Shown here in pieces: positions 37,179 to 45,652 of a stretch of DNA of 64,000 nt. Where the stretch lies: contig CAYTTQ010000001.1 of assembly GCA_964440795.1 (NCBI GenBank), positions 18,826 through 82,825 on the forward strand. The letters run 5' to 3'. The position numbers were made by a program, and so were the translations under genes. Source of the DNA: an uncultured Desulfobacterales bacterium (lineage in GTDB: Bacteria > Desulfobacterota > Desulfobacteria > Desulfobacterales > C00003060). The stretch's first letter is position 1; each line of letters starts with the position of its first letter. The notes beneath the pieces were generated by a model. That model was not told the DNA's origin. It searched no databases and saw only the letters and a list, made by a program, of their open reading frames with translations.

Positions 37179-37844
37179 TTATTCCAAGTTGGTGTGTCTT
37201 TGCTGCAACATCCGCTGATCGCTTCCATGCCGAACAAAAAGCGCATGGGAAACGCCTTCGAGGAACAGGAACGCTGCTTGCTCGAATGGAGAGCCGAGAG
37301 CCTGTACAAATGGCTCATCGTCGGCATCTGCCTCTTCTACCGGCACAACCGGAATATGAATGACGGCATCCAGATGTGCTTCCATAGGTGAGTATGTTGT
37401 CCCCAAAATGCCGAATGTCCTCCCACCGGCACGCTTCGCCCGTTCTACGAGACTACAGGTGCAGGACGTACGACCCGAACCGGATAAAACCACCAGTAAG
37501 CCCCCTTCACCGATCGGCGGAGTGACCGTATCGCCGGCGAAGTGTGCACAATATCCCATATGCATGAGTCGCATGCAGAAACAGCGCAGAATATATCCGG
37601 ACCGCCCCTGGGCCGCGCAGAAAACAGGCGCCGAGGCTCGCAGCCACCGACAGAACCGGTCCGCCTGCTGGGAGGGAATATCTTCCAGACATCTTAAGGC
37701 ATGCGCCGCGATAAGCGAACACCGTCGGTCGATCTTCATAGCCGGTCCATAACGACTGATTTCTGTTAAAATGCGGGAAAAGCGTACAAGAAATAGACGG
37801 GGGAAGTCAATGCGCATTTCAGGTGGGGCGGGCGCAGGGACCAT
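37179..37844 (-). CDS. 6-phospho-3-hexuloisomerase (SIS domain)
   Basis: QGRSGYILRCFCMRLMHMG, VVLSGSGRTS, and a C-terminal ...HTNLE. It is very close to archaeal PHI motifs as I recall them. The start is uncertain. Confidence 0.8.
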   Translation of the reverse strand: MVPAPAPPEMRIDFPRLFLVRFSRILTEISRYGPAMKIDRRCSLIAAHALRCLEDIPSQQADRFCRWLRASAPVFCAAQGRSGYILRCFCMRLMHMGYCAHFAGDTVTPPIGEGGLLVVLSGSGRTSCTCSLVERAKRAGGRTFGILGTTYSPMEAHLDAVIHIPVVPVEEADADDEPFVQALGSPFEQAAFLFLEGVSHALFVRHGSDQRMLQQRHTNLE

Positions 37845-37908
37845 CCAAGCGAAAAAGGATTCGTAAGCCGGGCAACGACAATGGTCTTCCCGTCGGTGGT
37901 TGCCAAGG

Positions 37909-37962
37909 TAAGGGCTCGCGCAAAAATAACTTCACATTTTGCCATCTCGGCTTCCGCCCGTC
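37909..37962. repeat. Half copy (one arm) of the 32013-32200 element, inverted orientation
   Basis: The reverse complement matches 32144-32196 at 52 of 53 positions by manual alignment. It is bounded by TAA (37909-11) and by TTA at 37963-65, which is the TAA stop of the kinase gene on the minus strand. Confidence 0.85.
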
Positions 37963-39873
37963 TTATCCGTCCAGCACTTGTCGTATGGTGTGAGAAAGCT
38001 GTTTAACCGAGAAAGGCTTCTGGATAAACCCGTTACACCCTCTGGCCATAATCTCACTGGCCTGACCTTCGATACTGTATCCACTGGACAGCAGCACTTT
38101 TGCCTTCGGTTCTATCTCCTTTATCCGGTCATAGGCTTCGCCCCCGCCCATATCGGGCATAATCATGTCCAGAATCACCATATCGATCTCGTCTTTGTTC
38201 TTTTGATAAACGTTTACCGCCTCCTTGCCGTTCCTGGCCAAAAAGACCTTGTATCCCATTTCTTCCAGGATCTCCTGACCCACTTCGATAATCATTTCTT
38301 CATCGTCAACCAACAACACCACTTCGCTACCCTTCTCGAGGGCGGTCGGTTCTTCCCGTTTTTCAGGAACCTTTTGTCCCGAGGCCGGAATAAAGACGTC
38401 CAGAACCGTTCCCTCACCTTCCTTGCTCATCACATCAATGATCCCCTTGTGATTCTTAATGATTCCATATGCGGAAGCCAGCCCCAGCCCGGTCCCCCTA
38501 CCCATCTCTTTGGTGGTAAAGAATGGTTCAAAGACCCGGCGCAGTGTTTCCGCATCCATCCCTATACCTGTATCTTTAACAGAGATCTTCACATACTCGC
38601 CCGGTACCACCCCGTAGGGACGGACCCCGTCGTCGCTCAAAGTAACGTTTCGGGTTTGGATATATAAGCTTCCTCCTTCCGGCATGGCATGCCCGGCGTT
38701 GACATATATATTGAGCAATACCTGTTCGATCTGGCCTCGATCCACCTCGGTTACCCAAATGTCCGACTCGTAATCGGTGTGAATCTTAATGTCTTTCTTA
38801 GTCCGACCAAACATCTGGATCGTCTTAGACGCCAGTTCGTTCAGATCCGTCGGCCTTACCTCGTACTTACCGCCTCTGGCAAATCCAAGGAGTTGTTTGG
38901 TAAGATTGGCCCCGCTTTCCACGATGCCCTCTATGCCTTTCAAGTGCTCATAGTACGGGTGGCCGGAATCCATGTTCAAAAACATCAACGATGCCCGTCC
39001 CTGTATACCCATCAACAAGTTGTTGAAATCATGGGCGACGCCACCGGCCAGTGTCCCGATTGCTTGCATCTTCTGATATTGGGTCAATTGAGATTCCAGT
39101 CTAACCTGCTCGGTAACATCCTTTAAGACCCCGACCACACCGGAGACCTTGCCGCTTCCGTCAAGGTTGGGGGCACCACTTAAGCTAAAAACCCGGCGTT
39201 TTCCAACCTTGTCCCGTAACGTACAGGAGGTATCCCGTATGGTTTCTCCGTTATATCCGACTCGTTCAAATAAATCCGTGTACCGTTGTCTGCAATCCTT
39301 TCCGGCAAAATCGGCCACGGTCTTTCCCACCACTTCTTCCACCTTGTGACCCAAGATTTTCTCCCAGGCAGGATTGACGTAGGTGAACCGGCCGTCGAGA
39401 CCTAAGGTGTAAATGATGTCCGGCGAACTGTTGACCAGGTCCTGATAACGCCTCTCGGATAGCGCCAGCTTTTCCGTAACGATATTGCACTTTCTTTCCA
39501 ACGCCTTCTGATCGACGGCGTTGCGTACCCGTTTCAACAGCTCATCAAACTCAAAAGGCTTTCTTAAATAATCATGGGCTCCTTTCCTAAGCGACGCCAC
39601 TGCAGAATTGACGGAAGCATGGCCGGTGATGACAATCACCAATGTGTTCAACGCATTTTGCTTGATATGTTCCATGATCTCAAGGCCGTTCATGTCCGGC
39701 ATGACGATGTCCAAGAGGGCAAGATCTATGTCGTTTTGGACCAGGCATTGCAACGCCGCTCGACCATCATTGGCAGTGAACGTTTCATACCCTTCGTTAC
39801 TCAAAAGAACCTTCAAGCTGTCACACATACGTACTTCGTCATCCACTATGAGGACCTTTGGTGTGTGGGCCAT
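37963..39873 (-). CDS. Hybrid sensor kinase REC-PAS-HisKA-HATPase-REC
   Basis: N-terminal REC (VLIVDDEVRMCD...LALLDIVMPDMNG), a PAS domain, H-box VAHDFNNLLMGI, HATPase motifs (DTGIGM, GTGLGL), and a C-terminal REC (VLLVDDEEMIIE...MVILDMIMPDMGG). Confidence 0.9.
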   Translation of the reverse strand: MAHTPKVLIVDDEVRMCDSLKVLLSNEGYETFTANDGRAALQCLVQNDIDLALLDIVMPDMNGLEIMEHIKQNALNTLVIVITGHASVNSAVASLRKGAHDYLRKPFEFDELLKRVRNAVDQKALERKCNIVTEKLALSERRYQDLVNSSPDIIYTLGLDGRFTYVNPAWEKILGHKVEEVVGKTVADFAGKDCRQRYTDLFERVGYNGETIRDTSCTLRDKVGKRRVFSLSGAPNLDGSGKVSGVVGVLKDVTEQVRLESQLTQYQKMQAIGTLAGGVAHDFNNLLMGIQGRASLMFLNMDSGHPYYEHLKGIEGIVESGANLTKQLLGFARGGKYEVRPTDLNELASKTIQMFGRTKKDIKIHTDYESDIWVTEVDRGQIEQVLLNIYVNAGHAMPEGGSLYIQTRNVTLSDDGVRPYGVVPGEYVKISVKDTGIGMDAETLRRVFEPFFTTKEMGRGTGLGLASAYGIIKNHKGIIDVMSKEGEGTVLDVFIPASGQKVPEKREEPTALEKGSEVVLLVDDEEMIIEVGQEILEEMGYKVFLARNGKEAVNVYQKNKDEIDMVILDMIMPDMGGGEAYDRIKEIEPKAKVLLSSGYSIEGQASEIMARGCNGFIQKPFSVKQLSHTIRQVLDG

Positions 39874-39945
39874 GCTGGGCTTGCCTCCGAAAATCCAAAA
39901 CCGCAGGCCAACGAGCCCACGGTAGCTCTGGATTGATTTTTTGTT

Positions 39946-42102
39946 CTAATTCGACTTTAGGGGCAACACGATATCAAATCTCGTACCTGAAGGCGGTTCA
40001 CTCCGGCAGGTAATCGTCCCATTCAACTCCTTGACAATATTGTAAACTACGGACAACCCCAAGCCTGCGTGCCCCCCTTTTTTCGAGGTAACAAACGGTT
40101 CAAACAGCCGCGCCTTGACATCATCCGAAATCCCAGGTCCGTTGTCGCGAAACGTTACCTGGATGGCATCACAGGATGTTGGGTCCTCAAGACTTTGGTT
40201 TTGAAACGTTTCCCCGCAGGGTCGGGTCTCTATAAAGAGGTCCCCTCCACTCGACATGGACTCTACGGCATTTTTGATCAGATTGATGAACACTTGCTTC
40301 AAGCTGTTCTTTTCGGAAAAAATCATCGGCAGGGAAGGGAAAAGCTCAAGGTGGATATTCACCTTAGACTCCACTTGGACGGATTCTCGTACAATCTTGA
40401 CCAAATCGGACAGTAAGGCATTTACGTCTACGGGCTCCTTCGGCCTTACTTCGGGTTCGGAAAAGTCAGACAATTTTTGCACGATGAGTGCCACTCGGTC
40501 CAGTTCCTCGCTAATGATCCTGAGTTGGTCATGGACCGGATCGTTTTCCGGCAGTTTCATCCCAAAAATCTTGACATAGTTTTTGATGATCCCCAACGGA
40601 TTGTTGACTTCGTGAGCCACCTTTCGGGCCAGAGCGGAAGCGGCCGCCAAGCGTTCCTTCTGAACCAAATCGGCTTGCCTGGATCGTGCGCTGTCCGCAA
40701 AAACCGCTAAGGACGTCTGGTTTGCATACATGGTCAACAGATTCATCTGGCCGCTTTGTTTCAACGCTTCTGCGTCCTTCATGCCCAAAACCATCACTCC
40801 AAGCGGCTCACCATGGGCAACCAAAGGTAAACACAGGATCTCATCTTTTCCGATCAACCGGATCAATTGATCATCGATGATACTCAACTCAACCGACTTT
40901 AACCGGCCGGAAGAGTCTAAAGGCCGTTTTTCTTCCAGACAACGGACAGGCAGACAATTGCTCGTTTCTGCAGACAGGGCCAACTCGCGGATTCGACCGT
41001 CCGTTATCGACTCGGAGGCCTCCTTGCCACACAGCAGATTTGTCTCCGGATCACGAATTAAAAACAATACGTCTTCTATATCAAACAGGACCTGCAGCCC
41101 CTGACGGGCGATGTACAGGATCGATTCTTGGCCGTAAGCCTCCAGCAGATTTTGAAGCGTCCCCTGAAGTAATGAGACATTCCTGACACTTTTCAAAAGA
41201 TCTATTTCTTTTTCTTGATCTTGGGGCGCCCCTTTCCTATCTGCCGATTCCTGGGGCCTAACGTCCATGCCCAGTGATTGAGCAGTCTCTCCAACTTGCG
41301 CCTCGTTTTCCGACAGGAGTTGCTCAACCTCGGTCCGGGAAAAACCAAACAGCCCGTTTGCCGCATCAAATCCGGTGGTATCTTCCGCCTTGGCGTCCGT
41401 GGTCAGACGATTGGCCAAAAAGACCACTTTGACCAGCGGCAGGGCATCAGAAATCCGCGGTGCCGGCTCATGATGATAACGAAGCGCATCCGCCATAAAG
41501 GACTGCAGATGCCATTGGCCGATCATCCAGGCACCCACATCCGAGTGTGTCACCCCAAAACGATCCTTTTCCAGCCCAGACACCCCGCTCAATCCTTGGT
41601 TCGATTGTAACACCTCCGCATATTCTTTGGGGAAGTTCACCCAAAGGACGAGCTTGCCGATATCATGAAGGAGACCGGACAAAAAAGCCTCCTCCGGAGC
41701 GCTATAATCGATTCTCCGGGCAATCAATTTGGCCATGCCGGCACAGAGCAGACTATGGCGCCAAAAGCCTTTCAAATCAAAGATCCCATCCGCCTTCGCC
41801 CCCCCAAAGACCTGAAAGACGGCCGCACTGACGGCAATATTCTTGATTGCGTCGGTCCCAAGTAACAATAAGGCCTGTTCCATATTTGTTACCCGGGTCG
41901 GCAGGCCATAGCCGACGGAATTGATCATGCGCATGACCTTGGCACTCAGGGAAGAATCCTTATCAATGATCCGGGAGATCTCTTTTACCGTTGTGCTGTC
42001 GTCATTGCAGGCATTGATCAATCGAAGAAGGATGTGGGGCAACGTGGGAAGGTTCTTGGAAGTTCGTATCTTGTTAAGGATCGGTTTTTTTTGAGAATTC
42101 AT
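39946..42102 (-). CDS. HDOD-GAF-histidine kinase
   Basis: The N-terminus LPTLPHILLRLINACNDD...SLSAKVMRMINS and HDIGKLVL indicate HDOD. A GAF-like middle region is followed by H-box VAHEVNNPLGII and an HATPase C-terminus. Confidence 0.9.
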   Translation of the reverse strand: MNSQKKPILNKIRTSKNLPTLPHILLRLINACNDDSTTVKEISRIIDKDSSLSAKVMRMINSVGYGLPTRVTNMEQALLLLGTDAIKNIAVSAAVFQVFGGAKADGIFDLKGFWRHSLLCAGMAKLIARRIDYSAPEEAFLSGLLHDIGKLVLWVNFPKEYAEVLQSNQGLSGVSGLEKDRFGVTHSDVGAWMIGQWHLQSFMADALRYHHEPAPRISDALPLVKVVFLANRLTTDAKAEDTTGFDAANGLFGFSRTEVEQLLSENEAQVGETAQSLGMDVRPQESADRKGAPQDQEKEIDLLKSVRNVSLLQGTLQNLLEAYGQESILYIARQGLQVLFDIEDVLFLIRDPETNLLCGKEASESITDGRIRELALSAETSNCLPVRCLEEKRPLDSSGRLKSVELSIIDDQLIRLIGKDEILCLPLVAHGEPLGVMVLGMKDAEALKQSGQMNLLTMYANQTSLAVFADSARSRQADLVQKERLAAASALARKVAHEVNNPLGIIKNYVKIFGMKLPENDPVHDQLRIISEELDRVALIVQKLSDFSEPEVRPKEPVDVNALLSDLVKIVRESVQVESKVNIHLELFPSLPMIFSEKNSLKQVFINLIKNAVESMSSGGDLFIETRPCGETFQNQSLEDPTSCDAIQVTFRDNGPGISDDVKARLFEPFVTSKKGGHAGLGLSVVYNIVKELNGTITCRSEPPSGTRFDIVLPLKSN

Positions 42103-42217
42103 GTGTCGATATGGATGGCAAAAAGCATGCGTTTAGTGACGAAACCAACTCGCTGATATTTCATATTACTTCAACGGTGGGCTTTATGTCAAACTTTTGA
42201 AAAACCCTCGAGGACAC

Positions 42218-42259
42218 AAAAAAGCACCTGTGGGGACCATCCTCGCCCCGCACAGGTGC
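42218..42259 (-). terminator. Rho-independent terminator downstream of adk
   Basis: On the minus strand: GCACCTGTGCGGGG-loop-CCCCACAGGTGC (12 bp with a 2-nt bulge) followed by TTTTTT. Confidence 0.75.
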
Positions 42260-42328
42260 CGCAGTCAAAAAAGCCGACTTCCTATTTACTTAAGCCGTAA
42301 CCCAGGGTGTCAAAAAACAGACAAGCCA

Positions 42329-43003
42329 TTACATCTTTGACATGAGTTCCTTCGTTACTTCTTGAACGCTCGGTGCGCCATCGATCTCAATATACTTTAT
42401 TTTCCCTTCTTTTTCCGCCAAATCCTTGAAATAATAGGCCGCCGCCAGAGTCCCCGTATTTGTGTCGTAATATATACCGTGGCGCTTGTCTATAGCATCT
42501 TCATCTTGATCATCCGATCGCGTGGTCAGTTCCCCTCCACACACGCGGCACTTGTCACCATCCGGCTTTATGGCATCAATGTAGATATTATTCGGGTGGT
42601 TATTGTCGTTCTTACAAAGCCTGCGTCCCATAATGCGGTTTTTGGCGATCTGTCGGTCCAACACCACCTCGACCACGACATCCAGCCCAAGGCCGGACGC
42701 CTTTAAGGCCTCATCCAATTTTATGGCTTGCTCCTTGTTTCTGGGAAACCCGTCCAAAAGCCATCCGTTTTTACAATCATCTTTCTTCAATCGTTCCAAA
42801 ATCATGGGAATCGTGATTTCGTCAGGCACCAACTCTCCCCGGTCAATGTATTCTTTGGCCTTGATACCTATTTCGGTGCCGTTGCCGATGTTTTCCCGAA
42901 AGATCGCGCCGGATTCAATATGGGGAATATTGAACTTCTCCTTCAAGATCGCCCCTTGGGTTCCCTTACCACTACCATTTGGTCCAAACATTAACACACT
43001 CAT
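42329..43003 (-). CDS. adk: Adenylate kinase (long LID variant)
   Basis: P-loop GPNGSGKGTQ. The LID has C...CRVCGG, then TTRSDDQ. Start at ATG 43003, preceded by AAGGAGA. The track ORF starts at 43045. Confidence 0.9.
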   Translation of the reverse strand: MSVLMFGPNGSGKGTQGAILKEKFNIPHIESGAIFRENIGNGTEIGIKAKEYIDRGELVPDEITIPMILERLKKDDCKNGWLLDGFPRNKEQAIKLDEALKASGLGLDVVVEVVLDRQIAKNRIMGRRLCKNDNNHPNNIYIDAIKPDGDKCRVCGGELTTRSDDQDEDAIDKRHGIYYDTNTGTLAAAYYFKDLAEKEGKIKYIEIDGAPSVQEVTKELMSKM

Positions 43004-43122
43004 AGACGTCTCCTTTCCTATCCCTTTTTTGTGAGGTTCGCCCACGCATGAGGGTCCTATAGCAAATACGACTTTTTGTCAAGGCGTTTGCCCCCACCCG
43101 AAAGGCACGATCAAGTTTTGGC

Positions 43123-43151
43123 TTGACAGAACCACACAAACCGGTTAGAAA
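43123..43151 (+). promoter_or_regulatory. Candidate sigma70 promoter TTGACA-17-TAGAAA for rplM-rpsI
   Basis: Spacing and position (~40 nt upstream of rplM) read directly. The -10 is imperfect. Confidence 0.4.
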
Positions 43152-43190
43152 TAACAGTTTGTGGTACATAACGCCTGAAGAGAGGTACGC

Positions 43191-43619
43191 ATGAAGACCT
43201 ACAATGCGAAAGCGCAGGATCAAAAGAAAGAGTGGTTTGTTATCGATGCGAAGGAACGGGTACTGGGCCGGCTGGCCAGTTTCGTGGCAACCCGCTTACG
43301 GGGCAAACATCGACCGGAATATACTCCTCATGTCGACACGGGCGATTACATTGTGGTGATAAACGCCGATAAAGTTTCGCTTACCGGCCGCAAACCGGAC
43401 GCCAAGATGTACCATCATTACTCAGGCTACCCCGGTGGGCTTAAATCGAAAAACGCCCGGGAGCTATTGGAAAAGCGACCGTCGCAAGTGATAAATCACG
43501 CGGTTCGGGGGATGCTTCCCAAAAACAGATTGGGCCGCAATATGATTAAGAAATTAAAGGTTTATGGGGGGGCTGACCACCCACACGAAGCGCAGCAACC
43601 CCAACCACTGGATTTTTGA
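43191..43619 (+). CDS. rplM: 50S ribosomal protein L13
   Basis: [19 protein letters not shown]...[12 protein letters not shown] is canonical L13. Confidence 0.95.
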   Translation: MKTYNAKAQDQKKEWFVIDAKERVLGRLASFVATRLRGKHRPEYTPHVDTGDYIVVINADKVSLTGRKPDAKMYHHYSGYPGGLKSKNARELLEKRPSQVINHAVRGMLPKNRLGRNMIKKLKVYGGADHPHEAQQPQPLDF

Positions 43620-43641
43620 AATTTGGATATAGGAGCCTATC

Positions 43642-44031
43642 ATGCCCGAAGTTTATTACGGAACAGGAAGACGAAAAACAGCTGTAGCTAGAACCTGGCT
43701 AAAGCCGGGTATGGGAAATATCATAATCAACAAACGCAACATCGATGATTATTTTAGCAGAGAAACAGCCAAGATGATTGTCGAGCAGCCGCTGGTACTC
43801 ACCGACACTCGGGGCAATTTTGACATCGACGTCAATGTCGCCGGGGGTGGCGCTTCCGGGCAAGCAGCAGCTATTCGACATGGAATAACCAGGGCGTTAC
43901 TCCATGTAAACCCCGAATTCAGGTCAACCTTGAAGAAGGTGGGCTTCGTTACGCGGGACCCGAGAAACAAGGAAAGAAAGAAATACGGACAGAAGGGTGC
44001 TCGGGCCCGTTTTCAGTATTCAAAACGTTAG
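43642..44031 (+). CDS. rpsI: 30S ribosomal protein S9
   Basis: [16 protein letters not shown]...[16 protein letters not shown] is canonical S9, including the C-terminal SKR. Confidence 0.95.
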   Translation: MPEVYYGTGRRKTAVARTWLKPGMGNIIINKRNIDDYFSRETAKMIVEQPLVLTDTRGNFDIDVNVAGGGASGQAAAIRHGITRALLHVNPEFRSTLKKVGFVTRDPRNKERKKYGQKGARARFQYSKR

Positions 44032-44110
44032 TAGCAACTATAGATTTAGGATCAAGCAAGGCCTTACGGATATAGCCTTGCCCCGAAGAAACGTAACGTG
44101 TTTGCCGGCT

Positions 44111-44134
44111 AGAGGGAATGATTCTCTCTTTTTG
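44111..44134 (+). terminator. Rho-independent terminator after rpsI
   Basis: AGAGGGAA-TGA-TTCTCTCT (8 bp including one G.U) followed by TTTTT. Confidence 0.55.
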
Positions 44135-44162
44135 TGCCTCATGTTAGGAAGGAAAAGCGATC

Positions 44163-44387
44163 GTGGCGAAGGAAGAACCTATCGAAGTAAGCGGGAAAGT
44201 CATACAGGACATGTCCCACGGAACGTATAAGGTGGAGCTTGAAAACAAGCACCAAATTCTAGCGCATCCTTGTGGAAAAATGCGGAAGTACTCTATAAAA
44301 ATTCTTCCGGGAGACCTGGTTACTGTAGAACTCTCGCCCTATGATCTAACCCGCGGAAGAATCACCTACCGGTACAGCGGTCGCTAA
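44163..44387 (+). CDS. infA: Translation initiation factor IF-1
   Basis: [69 protein letters not shown] is canonical IF-1. GTG start. Confidence 0.95.
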   Translation: MAKEEPIEVSGKVIQDMSHGTYKVELENKHQILAHPCGKMRKYSIKILPGDLVTVELSPYDLTRGRITYRYSGR

Positions 44388-44411
44388 GGGTTCGCGCAAA
44401 AATAACTGCAC
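44384..44411. repeat. Solo terminal repeat of the 32013-32200 element family, overlapping the infA stop codon
   Basis: CTAAGGGTTCGCGCAAAAATAACTGCAC versus the left TIR CTAAGGGTTCGCGCAAGAATAACTTCAC (26/28). The TAA at 44385-87 is the infA stop. Confidence 0.7.
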
Positions 44412-44496
44412 GTACCAAGTAGTTCGAAGCGTCTGAAGCAAATCCGGCATCTTAACCTATCCTCGAGTCCTTTTCCATGAATACCGGAGGATGAAT

Positions 44497-45537
44497 ATGG
44501 GCATTACGGCAGCAGTCATCGGAGCAACGGGATACGCAGGTGCGGAACTGGTAAGACTTCTATCCGGCCATCCCCGGGTTCGATTAACGTCCCTAGTCTC
44601 TCGGCAGTATGCAGGACGACCCTTTTCCCACGTCTATCCATCCATGGCGGGAGTTGTGGATATGCGTTGCGACGATTTTTCCGAGGCGCCGTCAAGCATG
44701 ACGGCAGACCTGGTATTCACCGCCCTACCCCATAAAACCTCCATGGGCATAGTGCCTGAGTTACTCCAGAAGGGCCATCGGGTGGTCGACCTCAGCGCCG
44801 ATTTCCGGTTCAAGGATGTGGCACTGTATGAAGAATGGTACGATCATCATAGCGCAAAGGGCCTACTCCAGGACAGCGTATACGGGCTTCCGGAGATCTA
44901 CCGCCGCGATATCGAAAAAGCGTCCCTGGTTGGAAACCCCGGTTGTTACCCCACCAGTGTCTTGCTCCCCCTATTGCCCCTCATCGGGCAGGAATTCGTG
45001 GACTCCGACAATATCATCGCAGACGCGAAATCAGGCACCAGCGGTGCCGGACGGTCCCCGAGCTTGACAACCCATTTCTGTGAAGTCAACGAGGCCTTCA
45101 TGGCCTACAAGGTGGACGAGCACAGGCACGCCCCGGAGATGGATGAAATCCTGAGCCTTGTTTCCGGGAAAAACATCCATATCACTTTTACCCCCCATTT
45201 GGTACCCATGACACGGGGGATGTTAACCACGCTCTATGTGGGCTTAAAAGCAGATTTAACCACGGAGCAAATAATCACCCGGCTCGAATCTTTCTATGCC
45301 CACGCACCTTTCGTCCGGATCTGCCCGGCCGGCACAATACCCAACACCCTACACGTAAAAGGGACCAACTACTGCAATATCGGTGTCAAGGTAACTCGAC
45401 GGAACCGAAGGCTTATTCTTGTATCCGCTATAGACAATCTTGTAAAAGGGGCCGCCGGGCAGGCCGTACAAAACATGAATATCATGTGTGGGTTCCGGGA
45501 AACCGAAGGTTTGGACCATGTCCCTTTCCCCTTGTGA
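44497..45537 (+). CDS. argC: N-acetyl-gamma-glutamyl-phosphate reductase
   Basis: VIGATGYAGAEL and the catalytic GNPGCYPTS. Start at ATG 44497, 6 nt after GGAGG. ATG 44491 directly abuts the SD. Confidence 0.9.
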   Translation: MGITAAVIGATGYAGAELVRLLSGHPRVRLTSLVSRQYAGRPFSHVYPSMAGVVDMRCDDFSEAPSSMTADLVFTALPHKTSMGIVPELLQKGHRVVDLSADFRFKDVALYEEWYDHHSAKGLLQDSVYGLPEIYRRDIEKASLVGNPGCYPTSVLLPLLPLIGQEFVDSDNIIADAKSGTSGAGRSPSLTTHFCEVNEAFMAYKVDEHRHAPEMDEILSLVSGKNIHITFTPHLVPMTRGMLTTLYVGLKADLTTEQIITRLESFYAHAPFVRICPAGTIPNTLHVKGTNYCNIGVKVTRRNRRLILVSAIDNLVKGAAGQAVQNMNIMCGFRETEGLDHVPFPL

Positions 45538-45595
45538 TACGGGACCCGCAAACCAACCCACAACGACCGGGGGAACGAAACATCCACAAGGCAAG

Positions 45596-45623
45596 GCACT
45601 TTGTTCTTTGCACTTTGTTCTTT
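45596..45623. repeat. 14-bp x2 perfect tandem duplication (GCACTTTGTTCTTT)
   Basis: Read directly in the argC-truA spacer. Confidence 0.9.
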
Positions 45624-45652
45624 AAACAGGGCCGGAATCGTCCCGTTATCCC

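Noticed and set aside
37939-38667. 242-aa ORF on the + strand
   Set aside because: It is antisense to the REC-PAS-kinase-REC gene, whose motifs are clear, and it begins inside the repeat element.
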